Part shown: positions 43,487 through 54,078 of the stretch, piece after piece | Layout: every line of letters begins with the position of its first letter | How positions within the stretch are numbered: position 1 is the first letter of the stretch | From: Eledone cirrhosa | Taxonomy: Eukaryota | DNA length: 64,000 nucleotides | Assembly: GCA_964016885.1 (NCBI GenBank) | Contig: OZ024741.1 | Span: forward strand, 396,800,001 to 396,864,000 | Reading direction: 5' to 3' | The notes under the pieces: model-generated | What the model saw: only the letters and a program-made list of their open reading frames with translations | Database searches by the model: none | Told to the model about the DNA's origin: nothing | Made by a program: the position numbers and the translations under genes

Positions 43487-44053
43487 TTTAAATATTCACT
43501 TCTTTAAAATTTTCAAATGTCAACACTTCCGGTTAGCGATCGCTTAAATAAACATTCATGTATTTCCGTCACTAATTTTCTCCGAATGCAGTTGATATAT
43601 AATATCGTCTTTTTTAAAGATATCATGGATTACGTTACTGATTACATAAGACAGTGTAACGCAGTCTTCGTTCAATTTCTGTGTATATTGTCAATTACGA
43701 TGTTATTTGATGTATTATATCTACATGCATATATACTTGCGTATAATATCAATACACATGCTAGCAGAAAACCACCCGAAGGGTGTTTTTTCTGCTAGTA
43801 TATATAATATTTGGAGTCTAGTGTTGGTATACCGTATATACCAGGAGTAGTGGGCTTATGCTGTCAGCAATGACAGCAATACTGTTGGGTGTATTAATTT
43901 TTGGTGTCCAGGATTAGTATACCATATATACCAGGATTGCTGAATACATGAATAATTATGTTTAAGAGGTACACTATAGTTTATGCTGATTACTGACGAC
44001 TACCAATAAACGTAATGAAGGAGTAACCAATCATCCTTGTTATCTTATTTCAC

Positions 44054-44117
<64 letters not shown>

Positions 44118-44222
44118 AAAGGAGATTAATATCCCCACAGGTACTAAGTACCCCTGGAAATATATAGGGTGCCTATGAAACAGTGGTGTTCCATCGTATT
44201 AATTTAACATACCAGAACTATA

Positions 44223-44681
44223 AAATTGAGATAAGCGGAGCAAGTAAAATTTCTTAAAATAAATTAAAAAATATAATTTAAATATTTACCTCATCCATTT
44301 GCTTTTACTGACGGTCTCACCTTACAAAAGATTGGAGATCCTAGGGATCTCCAATGGAAATGTTCCGATCATCAGAGAGCATTTTCCTTTCCAAGGACAG
44401 AAGTCCCAAGAACGGCAAAATATATTGCCACCTGCCAGCTAGCACAGGATCGAATGAGGCCGTAAACTTGACCTATGCATGAACCAGCCCTTAGTAGAAG
44501 CAGGAAGTAAACATAGTCGTGTTGTCTATCACGCCACTAAAAATAGCAGCTAAATAAAAACAACAGATTTGTCCTCAACATAACGGAGAAATATAAAAGA
44601 AGGAGATTAGGTAAATATTTAAATTATATTTTTTAATTTATTTTAAGAAATTATTTGAATTTTACTTGCTCCGCTTATCTC

Positions 44682-44686
<5 letters not shown>
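44223..44686. mobile_element. Element with ~70-bp inverted repeats (MITE-like or Penelope-type inversion)
   Basis: AATTGAGATAAGCGGAGCAAGTAAAATT..TAAATATTTACCT (about 44224-44291) is the reverse complement of about 44609-44685, with one short indel. Confidence 0.65.
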
Positions 44687-44730
<44 letters not shown>

Positions 44731-45403
44731 TATTGAAGTTTGCTTGAAGCATTGTGAAATAATAAGATATATTTTCTTTAGGTCGTTTTGGAAGCCTCAA
44801 CAATGCAGATGGGTAATTCTCCGGGTAACAAGATCCGGTGGTGAAGAGAGAGATGTATGTGAATGTAGAATGAGATGTATAGTGTGTAGAAGAACGTTGG
44901 AAAGAGGGTAAAAAATAAAAATAATAACACGAGATAGAATTACCTTGGGCTAGATTTAATTGTCCCTATATATTTCGGATTCAAATTGGGTTTTTTCCGG
45001 GGGGGGGAGGTTGGCTGTCGGAAAGGTGCGAAACGTGTCCTCCGCTGTTCGTTGTTTTGAATATCTGAGGTATTCAGCAGAGCGCGCGTGCGCGTGAAAT
45101 GGGGTCGGTCAAGTATAGGTCGGGGGCCGAAATAGTTCTTTTAATTGTGGGAGTAGGGTGGCGTTAGCTGTCAATCCATTGAATTATCTGCCCGTGCTGG
45201 TTTCAGTATTAGCAGTGTTGAATAGTGCGTGGTGGTGGTAGTAGTCTCTGCCTGTTTGGTGAATGTTACTGTGTGTGTGTGTGTGTGTTGTTGTCTCGCT
45301 TGTGTGTGTGTGCGTGTGTTGTTGTCTCGCTTGTGTGTGTGTGCGTGGGTTGTTGCCTCGTTCGTCTGTATTAGCAGTGTAGTATGTTCGTATGGTGGAA
45401 TGC

Positions 45404-45435
<32 letters not shown>

Positions 45436-45454
45436 TGTTGCATCGTTTGTTTAC

Positions 45455-45780
45455 TTAAACCAACCACCTCATTTCGCTTCTCTCGGATCGGTTATTTATT
45501 TGTGGCCCTAGGCGTTTGATCCAAAGTGCTTTCTTGATTCGTAATGTGCCGACGTTTCTTTCCGTCGCTAGAATTGTGACAATGGGCCTTCCGCCTTTGT
45601 TTCCGCATTTGGTTATGTGTTTCCGGAAAGACGAGGCCCTGGTGTTAATGTGCTCCTTGATCCGGATGTGTAGCGGCCGGATTGTGCTACCTATATAGTA
45701 GTGGTTGCACTTGTTACATTCTATCTTATACACGACGTATGTGCGTAGGCAACAGTTCGTATGGCGCAACGGGCAGTTTC
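45455..45780 (-). mobile_element. Penelope-like element fragment: GIY-YIG endonuclease C-terminal domain
   Basis: CPLRHTNCCLRTYVVYKIECNKCNHYYIGSTIRPLHIRIKEH...FRKH...LRIKKALWIKRLGPQINNRSE: VVY-x-CxxC-YIG motif, RxxEH and PxIN. Confidence 0.9.
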
Positions 45781-46044
45781 TGATATATATATAGGAAAAG
45801 TAAAAAAACAAAAACAATTGGTGAAAGGGTGTGAGGCGTGTAGACGTGGTGGTAGGTGGATGGAGGGGGGAGAGGGAGAGGGGAGAGGGGAGAAGGATAT
45901 TGGGGTTCCGAGTGGGGAGGGAGGAAGGTAGTGTGTGTATGTATGTGTGTAGGTGTAGGTGTGTGTGTATGCGTGGATGTGAGTGAGAGTTTGGAGGAGA
46001 ACGAGGTTCCATGCTCGGGTATTAGGAAAACCAGTGTGAATATA

Positions 46045-46075
<31 letters not shown>

Positions 46076-46329
46076 CACGATAAATTAACGGAGGCATAGG
46101 CCGTCGTTATTCCCTGTAAATAATGTGCTCAAAGGGGAAGAGATCCTGAGCCCTTTAAAATATAATATGTTGAGAAGGTAACACACCAGAGAGAGATATA
46201 TAGTGCGTTATCAATAATACAGGGAAAAACCACCAGTGTATGGAATCTATAACCTATGAAAGGCAGACTATAGACACGATAATTAAAAATATAAATTAAA
46301 GCGTTAATAAATACCTCTATAACTATATA

Positions 46330-46410
46330 ACACACGTACAAATCCAAAGATATGTTTCACCAAAAAAATTGTTGAAAGAAATGGTCTAGTCTCGGTTCAT
46401 CAGCGTGTGT
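46330..46410 (-). ncRNA. Type I hammerhead ribozyme, minus-strand copy (sense to host pre-mRNA)
   Basis: Reverse complement of the 46745-46825 motif with core and stems intact. Confidence 0.8.
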
Positions 46411-46744
46411 AAGGCCATACATTTCAGACAACACTAAAAGAATTTTACAATTGACTGTCCAGCTACACGTGGGAGAGAGAAGTCACGGCGTGTTTAAGGG
46501 CAGTGATCCAGTGGCCTCTGAGAGACGAACTGCTAGAAAGGGCAGCCAAAAGCCACTCAGAGAAGTGTGCTCAACCAAACAGAGATAGGAAAGACTGTTG
46601 TTAGGTGGGCTGCCCTTTCTAGCAGTTCGTCTCTCAGAGGCCACGGGATCACTGCCCTTAAATACGCTGTGACTTCTCTCTCCCACGTGTAGCTGGACAG
46701 TCAATTGTAAAATTCTTTTAGTGTTGTCTGAAATGTATGGCCTT

Positions 46745-46825
46745 ACACACGCTGATGAACCGAGACTAGACCATTTCTTTCAACAAATTTTTTGGTGAAA
46801 CATATCTTTGGATTTGTACGTGTGT
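46745..46825 (+). ncRNA. Type I hammerhead ribozyme
   Basis: Stem I ACACACG/CGTGTGT; core CTGATGA (46752-58); stem II ACCGA...TTGGT; GAAA (46797-800); stem III CA-T-ATC-tttg-GAT-T-TG; cleavage triplet GUA (46816-18). Confidence 0.85.
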
Positions 46826-46987
46826 TATATAGTTATAGAGGTATTTATTTACGCTTTAATTTATATTTTTAATTATCGTGTCTATAGTCTGCCTTTCATA
46901 GGTTATAGATTCCATACACTGGTGGTTTTTTCCCTGTATTATTGATAACGCACTATATATCTCTCTCTGGTGTGTTACCTTCTCAAC

Positions 46988-47033
<46 letters not shown>

Positions 47034-47225
47034 GATAGATAGGTAAGTACATAAATTGAGATGCTTATCTCCCTTTGTCTTTCCTTCTCCTCTATTGACC
47101 CCATCCCTCTCACTTCCGTTTTATCGCAGGTTTGAAATGATTTTAACCCATGAATATAGCCGGTATTTTAGACAGTACATAACCTTTGTCCTATCTGTGA
47201 TGGATGTGAGTAGACGTGAACTTAC

Positions 47226-47382
47226 GACATATGTCTCCTGTTCTCCATTGAACGACCACCCCTTCTTCTCTGCACTCTTCAGAGTAACTTTCAAATACTT
47301 TACACATCACTTCATTTTGGAGTGATTTACTTGCCGAACAGATTTCATTAGTACACACTTTAATCCATCTTTCTGTCTCAAC
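47226..47382 (-). CDS. Exon of the VWD-C8-TIL gene: C8 domain, second part
   Basis: caattag|GTT GAG...ATA TGT C|gtaagt; 157 nt, phase 0 to 1; VETERWIKVCTNEICSASKSLQNEVMCKVFESYSEECREEGVVVQWRTGDIC(P). Joins the TIL exon in frame. Confidence 0.95.
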
Positions 47383-47747
47383 CTAATTGAAGAGAGAGAA
47401 AAAACCACTGAACAAATAAATATAATACTTAAATATGTTTTAATATACAAAACAATATTTTTGATAATTTTAACAGCGCAGTAAATAAATAAATATGGTA
47501 GAATAATTTACCATGTATAGGCACACACATATGCACGCATAAACACACCAATTTGCACACAAACACGTCTCGTATATTACTATATATATATATATATATC
47601 TTGCTTGTGTAACACACACTATTACACACAAAACTCGTTCACACAATCTCAGAATATTTCCAGTTTTTTAAAGATAAAATAGAATAAAAAGGGAGAAGGA
47701 ATAAACAAAGAAAAAAGAATGAGAAGGGGAGAGAGAGAGAGAGAGAG

Positions 47748-47780
<33 letters not shown>

Positions 47781-48102
47781 TGAGGCAAACTCTACATCTT
47801 TGTCTGGATGGCATATTTCAGCTGCATCCTGCAAAAGAATTGCCGCAAAGAATAGCCAGCGCCATCCGCTGTATCAACAATTCCACTCCAGCCAGCACCT
47901 TCCCTGTCTCCGATTTGGCAGAGAAAAAGGCTTGTTCAAGGAAGATGGACACAGGAGGCTTCAATAGTGATTAGCATAAAATAGAATTGGATGGTCAACG
48001 CCAATATTTAAGGATATGTTTGGCTACCATACAATTAAAAACACTTAGAAACCTCGATTCTTAACCTCTGGAGATTTCCTCTATCTTTCACCGAGATAAA
48101 TT

Positions 48103-49090
48103 TCAAGGACCCAAGGAAATGCCACAGTACTGAAATATGCAGATGACATCAAGCTGAACCTTGAGATAAAAAGGACAGATCCTGAACACTATAGATCTTG
48201 CCTGCAATCTGACCTGGACATAATGCAGCAATAGATCACGGACTGGCAACTCAAGCTGGCTGTGGACAAGTGTACTACCATGCATTTTGGGAGTAAAAGC
48301 CCAGCGTCCACATACTACCTCCACAACACTAATATCAAGAAGTCTTCTTGTGAACGTGACCTCAGCAGCGATTTGCGTTGGACGAAGCATGTCTCTAAGA
48401 TTGTCAAGAAGGCCGAGGGTGTCTTAGCATCACTCAGCAAGACCTTTGTCAGCTGCTCTCCAGCTATCTATTTAAAGCTGTATATAGCTATGGTGCGGCC
48501 ACACTTAGAATTTGCATCACCAGTCTGGAACCCCTATCCTGCTCAGAACATTGACCTCCTGGAAACTGTTCAGGGACGTGCAACCGAGCGAATACCCTCC
48601 ATCAGGCATCTACCATACTCTGAATGCCTTGCTTCCCTGGGCATGGATACATTGAAGCTCCGACGTCTGGCAACTGACTTAGTAAACACCCACAAAATTA
48701 TTAACCATCTTGCCAACAACAACCCTGAGTACCTTTTTGATTTCCATGTGTCTAACACACGTGGACATGCCCACAAAGTCAGAAAACAGCACAGCTCCCA
48801 TGACTTTCGGAAACATTTTTTCACGCTGAGTTGCTGAAGCATGGAACAAACTACCTGCATCGGTTGTTAGCTGTCGAGACACTGCATCCTTTAAAACCTC
48901 AATGCTTCCTGAGATTCGCCAACACTACACCTAATATACCTCCTCCATACACACGCACACATGTATATCATACACTATTAATTTCCCTGACATTTGTATA
49001 TTATTCTATGGACTATACATGCACCTTTGATGAGTTGTAGTGCACCTGAGCACTGTACACAATAATTTCATTATTATTATTATTATTATT
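48103..49090 (+). mobile_element. 5'-truncated CR1-clade LINE (RT C-terminal half, 3' UTR, (ATT)n tail)
   Basis: KYADDIKL...LQSDLD..W.L...DKC..MHFG...ERDL...MVRPHLEFASPVWNP...LKLRR..DL...TRGH..K...FRKHFF, with an in-frame stop and a frameshift. Tail ATTATTATT at about 49070-49090. Confidence 0.92.
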
Positions 49091-49320
49091 AACACTATGC
49101 ATCACACGATGGCCTAGTTCACATTATCTAAGGGCCCCTCTTCTTAACCGTAACACTATGTTTCACACGATGGCCTGTTTCACACTCCTGAAAATGCCCT
49201 CTTCTTAACCGTAACATTATATACCACGTTATGGTCTAGCTCACACTACATAAGGTGCCCTCTTCTTTACCATAACAATATGTACCACGCTATGATCTGG
49301 TCTGCACAGTCCCTAAGATG
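49090..49320. repeat. Degenerate 61-bp tandem repeat, about 3.7 copies
   Basis: TAACA(C/T/A)TAT... recurs at 49090, 49151, 49212 and 49273. Confidence 0.85.
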
Positions 49321-49693
49321 CTGCCATGACTTTCGAAAACATTTTTTCAGAGAAGGCCGAACAGATCCAACTATCCTTTATTTTATTCTGGACCATCGAA
49401 CCTTGGTAGAAGATAGGGAAGGAATTATCATCAAACTAGAGAACTGGTTACTATTGGTTAAGTTTCACGCATGGCAACTAAGAACCGGATGATTGTGTTA
49501 AACAGGGAAACAAATTAAGTCTATCGTTCAAGAATTTAGAACGAAAACAGGCAGAACAAAGACCGCGTGGCATTTGACGTCAAAGATATGTGGGTGGAAA
49601 TAAGGGTGGGGAATGGGTAAAAGCGGCAGGGGTGGTATAGAAACATGGTTAACATTGATCTAAATGAAAAACTTAGAAAATCTATTTACTAAC

Positions 49694-49807
49694 CAATGAA
49701 CGACAAGATTGAAATACAGTTGATTGTAAATAGGAACACTTCATGGCTGCAACACCTTTCAAAGGATTATTTTTGCAAAAATCTGGAATACCGGATGATG
49801 GCTCGCA
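49694..49807 (-). CDS. Exon of the VWD-C8-TIL gene: VWD/C8 linker and first part of C8
   Basis: atttttag|TGC GAG...TCA TTG|gttagt; 114 nt, phase 0 to 0; CEPSSGIPDFCKNNPLKGVAAMKCSYLQSTVFQSCRSL. Confidence 0.93.
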
Positions 49808-49831
49808 CTAAAAATATAAATGTTGAAAATA

Positions 49832-50300
49832 GGGTGGGTGGTCATTGCTGTTGTTGTTGTTGTTGATGATGGTGGTAGTGGTGGTGGTGGTGGTGTGGTA
49901 GTGTTGGTGGAGGTGGTGGTGGTGGTGTTGATGGAGGTGGTGGTGGTGGTGTTGGTGCTGTTGTTGTTGATGATGGTGGTGGTGGTGGTGGTGGTGGTGG
50001 TGGTGGTGGTGTTGTTGTTGTTGTTATTGTTTTTGATGGTGGTGGTGGTGGTGATGGTCATTGCTGTTGTTGTTGGTGGTGGTGGTAGGAGTGGTGGTGG
50101 TGGTGTTGTTGTTGGTTTTGGTGGTGGTGGTAGGAGTGGTGGTGGTGGTGGTGTTGTTGGTGATGGTGATCATTGCTGTTGTTATTAATGATGGTGGTGA
50201 TAGTGGTGATGATGGGGTGGTGTTGTTGATCGTAGTGGTAGTGGTGGTGGTGGTGTTGCTGACGGTAGTGGTGGTGCTGATGGAGGTGGTGGTGCTGATG
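49832..50300. repeat. Degenerate (GGT/GTT/GAT)n trinucleotide tract
   Basis: Seen directly. Source of the poly-V/T/H ORFs in the track. Confidence 0.95.
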
Positions 50301-50738
50301 GTGAGTATTGGTGTTGCTCTTTAGACCAAGTTCAGCCGACTCTCGTCTTATGTCCGCTTTATACGTTCTGAGTTCAAATCCAGATAGAGGGCTATACTGC
50401 TTGTTATACGAGGTGGGTGGCAAAGTTCAATGACTGACTATGAAGGAGTGATGCTAGAGCTGTGAAATCTTGCATGCATTAATTTCCACTCTTCTTATTA
50501 ATAACTGTATTGTTTCTTTCCAGGAACTATGTTGAAAAATAAACCTCATTTGGTCATTCCATGAGAGTATCTTGGTCAGCCTATGAACTTTCCAGCCTAC
50601 CCTCGTACATCAGGAATCGATAAATTATAAATATCAGACGAAGTATTGGAGTGAAAACATTTCATGAGAGGGGAATATGAAATTGTCGTTCAATGACAAT
50701 AAACTGATTGGTTCAGTTAACATCTCTATCAGGGAAAG

Positions 50739-50771
<33 letters not shown>

Positions 50772-50804
50772 AACAAAGGAAGATAACTCCAAAATGGCAA
50801 TGTT

Positions 50805-51100
50805 GTTAATATTATGTAATAAACTGTGTTGTATATAAGACTACTGATATTAAACTATGTTGTATATAAGACTATTTATATTAAGTTAAGATAGGGCTGT
50901 TATGTAATAAACTGTGTTGTATATAACACTACTAATGTGAAGTTGATATAAAAATGTTGATGTTATATAATAAACTATGTTGTATGTAAGACTACTTATA
51001 TTAAGTTAATATAAGTCTGTTAATGTTATGTAATAAACTGTGTTGTATATAAGACTTATAATATTAAATTAATATGCCTGTTAATGTTATGTAATAAATG
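50805..51100. repeat. Degenerate AT-rich minisatellite with core TAAACTRTGTTGTATATAAGACTA
   Basis: Core recurs about five times at irregular 30-70 bp spacing. Confidence 0.75.
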
Positions 51101-51155
51101 TTTGGGGTTCAAAAGCTGCGAAGATAATAGTTGTTGGTTTTAATTATCAACTCAC

Positions 51156-51238
51156 CTTGGTATTGGTTTGTACGAGGTAAGTACTGGCGAAATCATTGCT
51201 ATTTCTCATGATTTTACCTAACAGTGATCGATAATCGT
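51156..51238 (-). CDS. Exon of the VWD-C8-TIL gene: end of VWD
   Basis: tcttctag|AC GAT TAT...ACC AAG|gtgagt; 83 nt, phase 1 to 0; (D)DYRSLLGKIMRNSNDFASTYLVQTNTK. Continues GNYNNDPS-DD in frame. Confidence 0.93.
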
Positions 51239-51274
51239 CTAGAAGATAAGAAAAAGATGAATTTAAATCAATTA

Positions 51275-51855
51275 TCTATATACATAAATGGCAATTTCTG
51301 TTTGTTTGTGAACCTAAAACTAAAAAACTACCAAACCGATCTTGATGAAACTTGACACGTGTGTGGAGGCTCATGCCCATTTGATTTCTTATTTATATTT
51401 CATTTTAATCAAAGGGTTCTCCGAGGGTTCAAATCCCGGCTGAAAACCCCCGCTTAATTTGTTCCCTTCGATTTATATGAAATTTAAACCATAGGTAAAT
51501 GACAAGATATGATGCCTATTCGCAAAATTTCAGCAAATTTCAATAATATTAAGACACCCTAATGGGGGTTAAACCCCCTATAGTGAAAATGTTGGCCAAT
51601 AAATGGAACAAGATTTCACGAACTACTTCCATGGTTTTGGAGATAGACCCCCATAACCATATATATTCAGAAACTACATTGCCCAGGGTACTTGGATAAG
51701 TATATTTCATTTTAATCAAAGGGTTCCCGGGGCACAAAACTTCCACTGAAAACTTTTTCCCTTCGATTTATATGAAATTTAAACCATAGGTAAATGACAA
51801 GATATGATGCCTATTCACAAAATTTCAGCAATGAAACCCCCTAATGGAGGTTCTA
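51275..51855 (+). mobile_element. Helitron-like (Lep1-type) non-autonomous element, 5' part with internal duplication
   Basis: A|TCTATATACATAAA, (TGTT)n, CCGATCTTGATGAAACTTG. Block TTCCCTTCGATTTATATG...AAATTTCAGCAA is present at about 51462 and about 51757. Confidence 0.55.
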
Positions 51856-52489
51856 TTTATTTCCTTATAGCAACACTCAACTTCTCTGACAAACATTTTT
51901 TCACCTGACCAATGCAATCAACAATATTTGGTTGTATTATTGTTTCATAAATGAATTTGTCTTCGCTTTTCATTATCAATTTCTGTACTTAACTGCTACT
52001 TTATTTCATTGATGACGGGTGGGTGAAAGGCAAATTTGACCGTGACGGGATTTGAATTCAGAACGTAGAAAATAGTAATCTATTCTCGGGTCCCAAGTAA
52101 TAGGGGGAGGGGAGGAATAATCTGGGGGTGAGTGGTGTTGGAAAATCGATCATTTTTCGAGGTTGTTTCCGTTGATTTTTTTTAAAAACCAGAATTAGCC
52201 GTTTTGCTTACATATTGAGACCTCCAACCCATCTTATTTATTTAATAACATGGGATTTCTGGTAATGTACTTTTTTGTTTTTCGTGTATAATGTTTTTTC
52301 AAGTATAAAGAGAATTAATTATCACAGGAATGTAAGCACTGAAAATAAAATTTCACAAGAGATAGATTAGTAAAATGTAATAAGCAGCGGTGGGTGCATT
52401 TTTCGAGACCCGAAAGTAATATCACCAAATATTTTGTCCGCTCTACCGATTCTGCTAACCCACCACTCTTGTATGCACAGTAATAATAT

Positions 52490-52763
52490 AATTGTTTCTA
52501 CTTTTGGCATACGGCCAAGAATTATCCCAGTGCATTACTGGTACTTTATTTTATCGACCCCGTAAGGATGAAAGGCAAAGTTAACCTTGGCGGGATTTGA
52601 ACTCAGAATGACAAGGGACATAACTCTATGCGTCAAAGCATGGCGTCCGACCCTCTAATAATATAATTGTTTCTACTTTTGGCACAAGGCCAGCAATTAT
52701 CCCAGTACATTACTGGTACTTTATTTTATCGACCTCGTAAGGATGAAAGGCAAAGTTAACCTC
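52490..52763 (-). mobile_element. Two tandem SINE copies (near-full 52490-52656, partial 52666-52763)
   Basis: Reverse complement of the SINE family. Separated and flanked by TAATAATATAAT repeats. Confidence 0.88.
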
Positions 52764-52806
52764 TAATAATATAATATAGTCGACCCACATTATATTACAT
52801 CATTGA

Positions 52807-52988
52807 CGGTGGATTGGCAGTATCGGTAGAGGATCGGACGCCATGCTTTCCAACATAGTTACGTCCCTTTACGATCTGAGTTCAAATCCCGCCGAGGTTA
52901 ACTTTGCCTTTCATCCTTACGGGGTCGATAAAATAAAGTACCAGTAATGCACTGGGTAATTGCTGGCCTTGTGCCTAAAGTAGAAACA
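52807..52988 (+). mobile_element. Full-length SINE with ~18-bp TSD ATTATATTAC(A/C)TCATTGA
   Basis: A and B boxes, core and tail. TSD at about 52789-52806 and 52989-53006. Confidence 0.92.
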
Positions 52989-53314
52989 ATTATATTACCT
53001 CATTGATATTTCTGATTGAATTCTACAGGGATTTTGCATGGTCCCGCAACTCCCATAACTCCAGAGGGCATCTTAGGGATGCTATATTAACATTGGGCGT
53101 TTCTAGGGAATTTGGAAACTTGGCAGAGCCCATCTCTTCACCAGGTCTGAATACAGAAGATTTCTTCCAGAGAAGGATAAAGAGAGGGAGAAAATGGAAG
53201 TGAGAAAGAGATATAGAGGAAGAATCGACTCCAGTTCTTGACTGGTACTTTTTTATCGATCTTAAATGGATGAAAGGCAAAGTTGACCTTGGTGGGATTT
53301 AAACTCTGAGATCA

Positions 53315-53790
53315 GGGAAGGGGATGGCAAAAGGTCAGACGGTATGACCATCTTCCCGTTCGGCGGAGGCAAACCCCTCGCCTGGGATGCCACTTGCTCC
53401 GACACTTTCTCCAGCCACAACCTGGTGCAGTCTGCGACTAACCCAGGTTCTGCTGCACGTCGGGCTGAGGAGGCCAAACTCTCCAACAAGTACCGATCGC
53501 TCTCCAACAGGTTCGCGGTCGTGCCCTTAGCAGTGGAGACTTCTGATGTCCTCGGCCCTAGGTCTACCACCCTATTCACCACCATAGACGCTGAGCTGGC
53601 CAGCAGCAGGTGTTAGCCTCACGAATTGGAATGGCTCTTCCAGCGCATCTCCCTTACCATCCTCCGGGGAAACGCCTTCTCCATCCTGTCCGCCGGGGCT
53701 GTGGGGAGGCCAGCACGTGGGACCCCATTTGCCCTAATAGGCAAAGTTATAAACTATTGTAAATAAACCTGTCTTGTTGTCATAAAAAAC
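53315..53790 (+). mobile_element. 3' fragment of a CRE-clade non-LTR retrotransposon (restriction-like endonuclease domain)
   Basis: GDGKRSDGMTIFPFGGGKPLAWDATCSDTFSSHNL...AARRAEEAKLSNKYRSLSNRFAVVPLAVETSDVLG...*PHELEWLFQRISLTILRGNAFSIL, then AATAAA and a short A tail. It interrupts a SINE fragment at 53240-53310. Confidence 0.88.
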
Positions 53791-53941
53791 CCCATTCTAT
53801 CCGACGGTCTAACAACTCTACCAGCTCACCACCTTGTCTTTCAAAATACTCAACCTATTACATAAGAGTCTGGCAACGATATGTTCTCATTTTTTTTCTT
53901 ATATTTTAATTTTTGTTTTCATTTCTTTGTTTCCTTTACAG

Positions 53942-54078
53942 CAACCTGTTGGGCCTCTGGTGATCCTCATTATACTACATTTGACGGGACATCTTATACT
54001 TTTATGGGCTCGTGTATGTACGTTCTGGCCAGGTCTTTTGACAGAACCTTCGCAATTGTCGTTAGAAACGTGAAATGC
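53942..54078 (+). pseudogene. Orphan, truncated VWD N-terminal exon, antisense to the host gene
   Basis: Polypyrimidine tract + tttacag|CA ACC TGT TGG...; (A)TCWASGDPHYTTFDGTSYTFMGSCMYVLARSFDRTFAIVVRNVKC, then abrupt entry into SINE sequence and TGA at 54085. No clear splice donor. Confidence 0.8.

Larger units (their letters stand above)
46160..46995. repeat. Long palindrome: ~388-bp arms (46160-46547 and 46608-46995), 60-bp spacer; Penelope pseudo-LTR-like
   Basis: Arms are reverse complements with about 5 differences by eye. Each arm contains a hammerhead motif. Confidence 0.95.

Noticed and set aside
44315-44365. C8-like WRS...FC peptide on the minus strand
   Set aside because: In-frame stop just upstream, and the real C8 exon is at 47226-47382.
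45005-45045. Hammerhead-like GAAA-CGTG-TC with GGAG/CTCC stem
   Set aside because: No CTGANGA core or convincing stem II.
47780-47985. GC-balanced stretch with two short overlapping ORFs
   Set aside because: No recognisable domain or splice pattern. Probably an unclassified repeat fragment.
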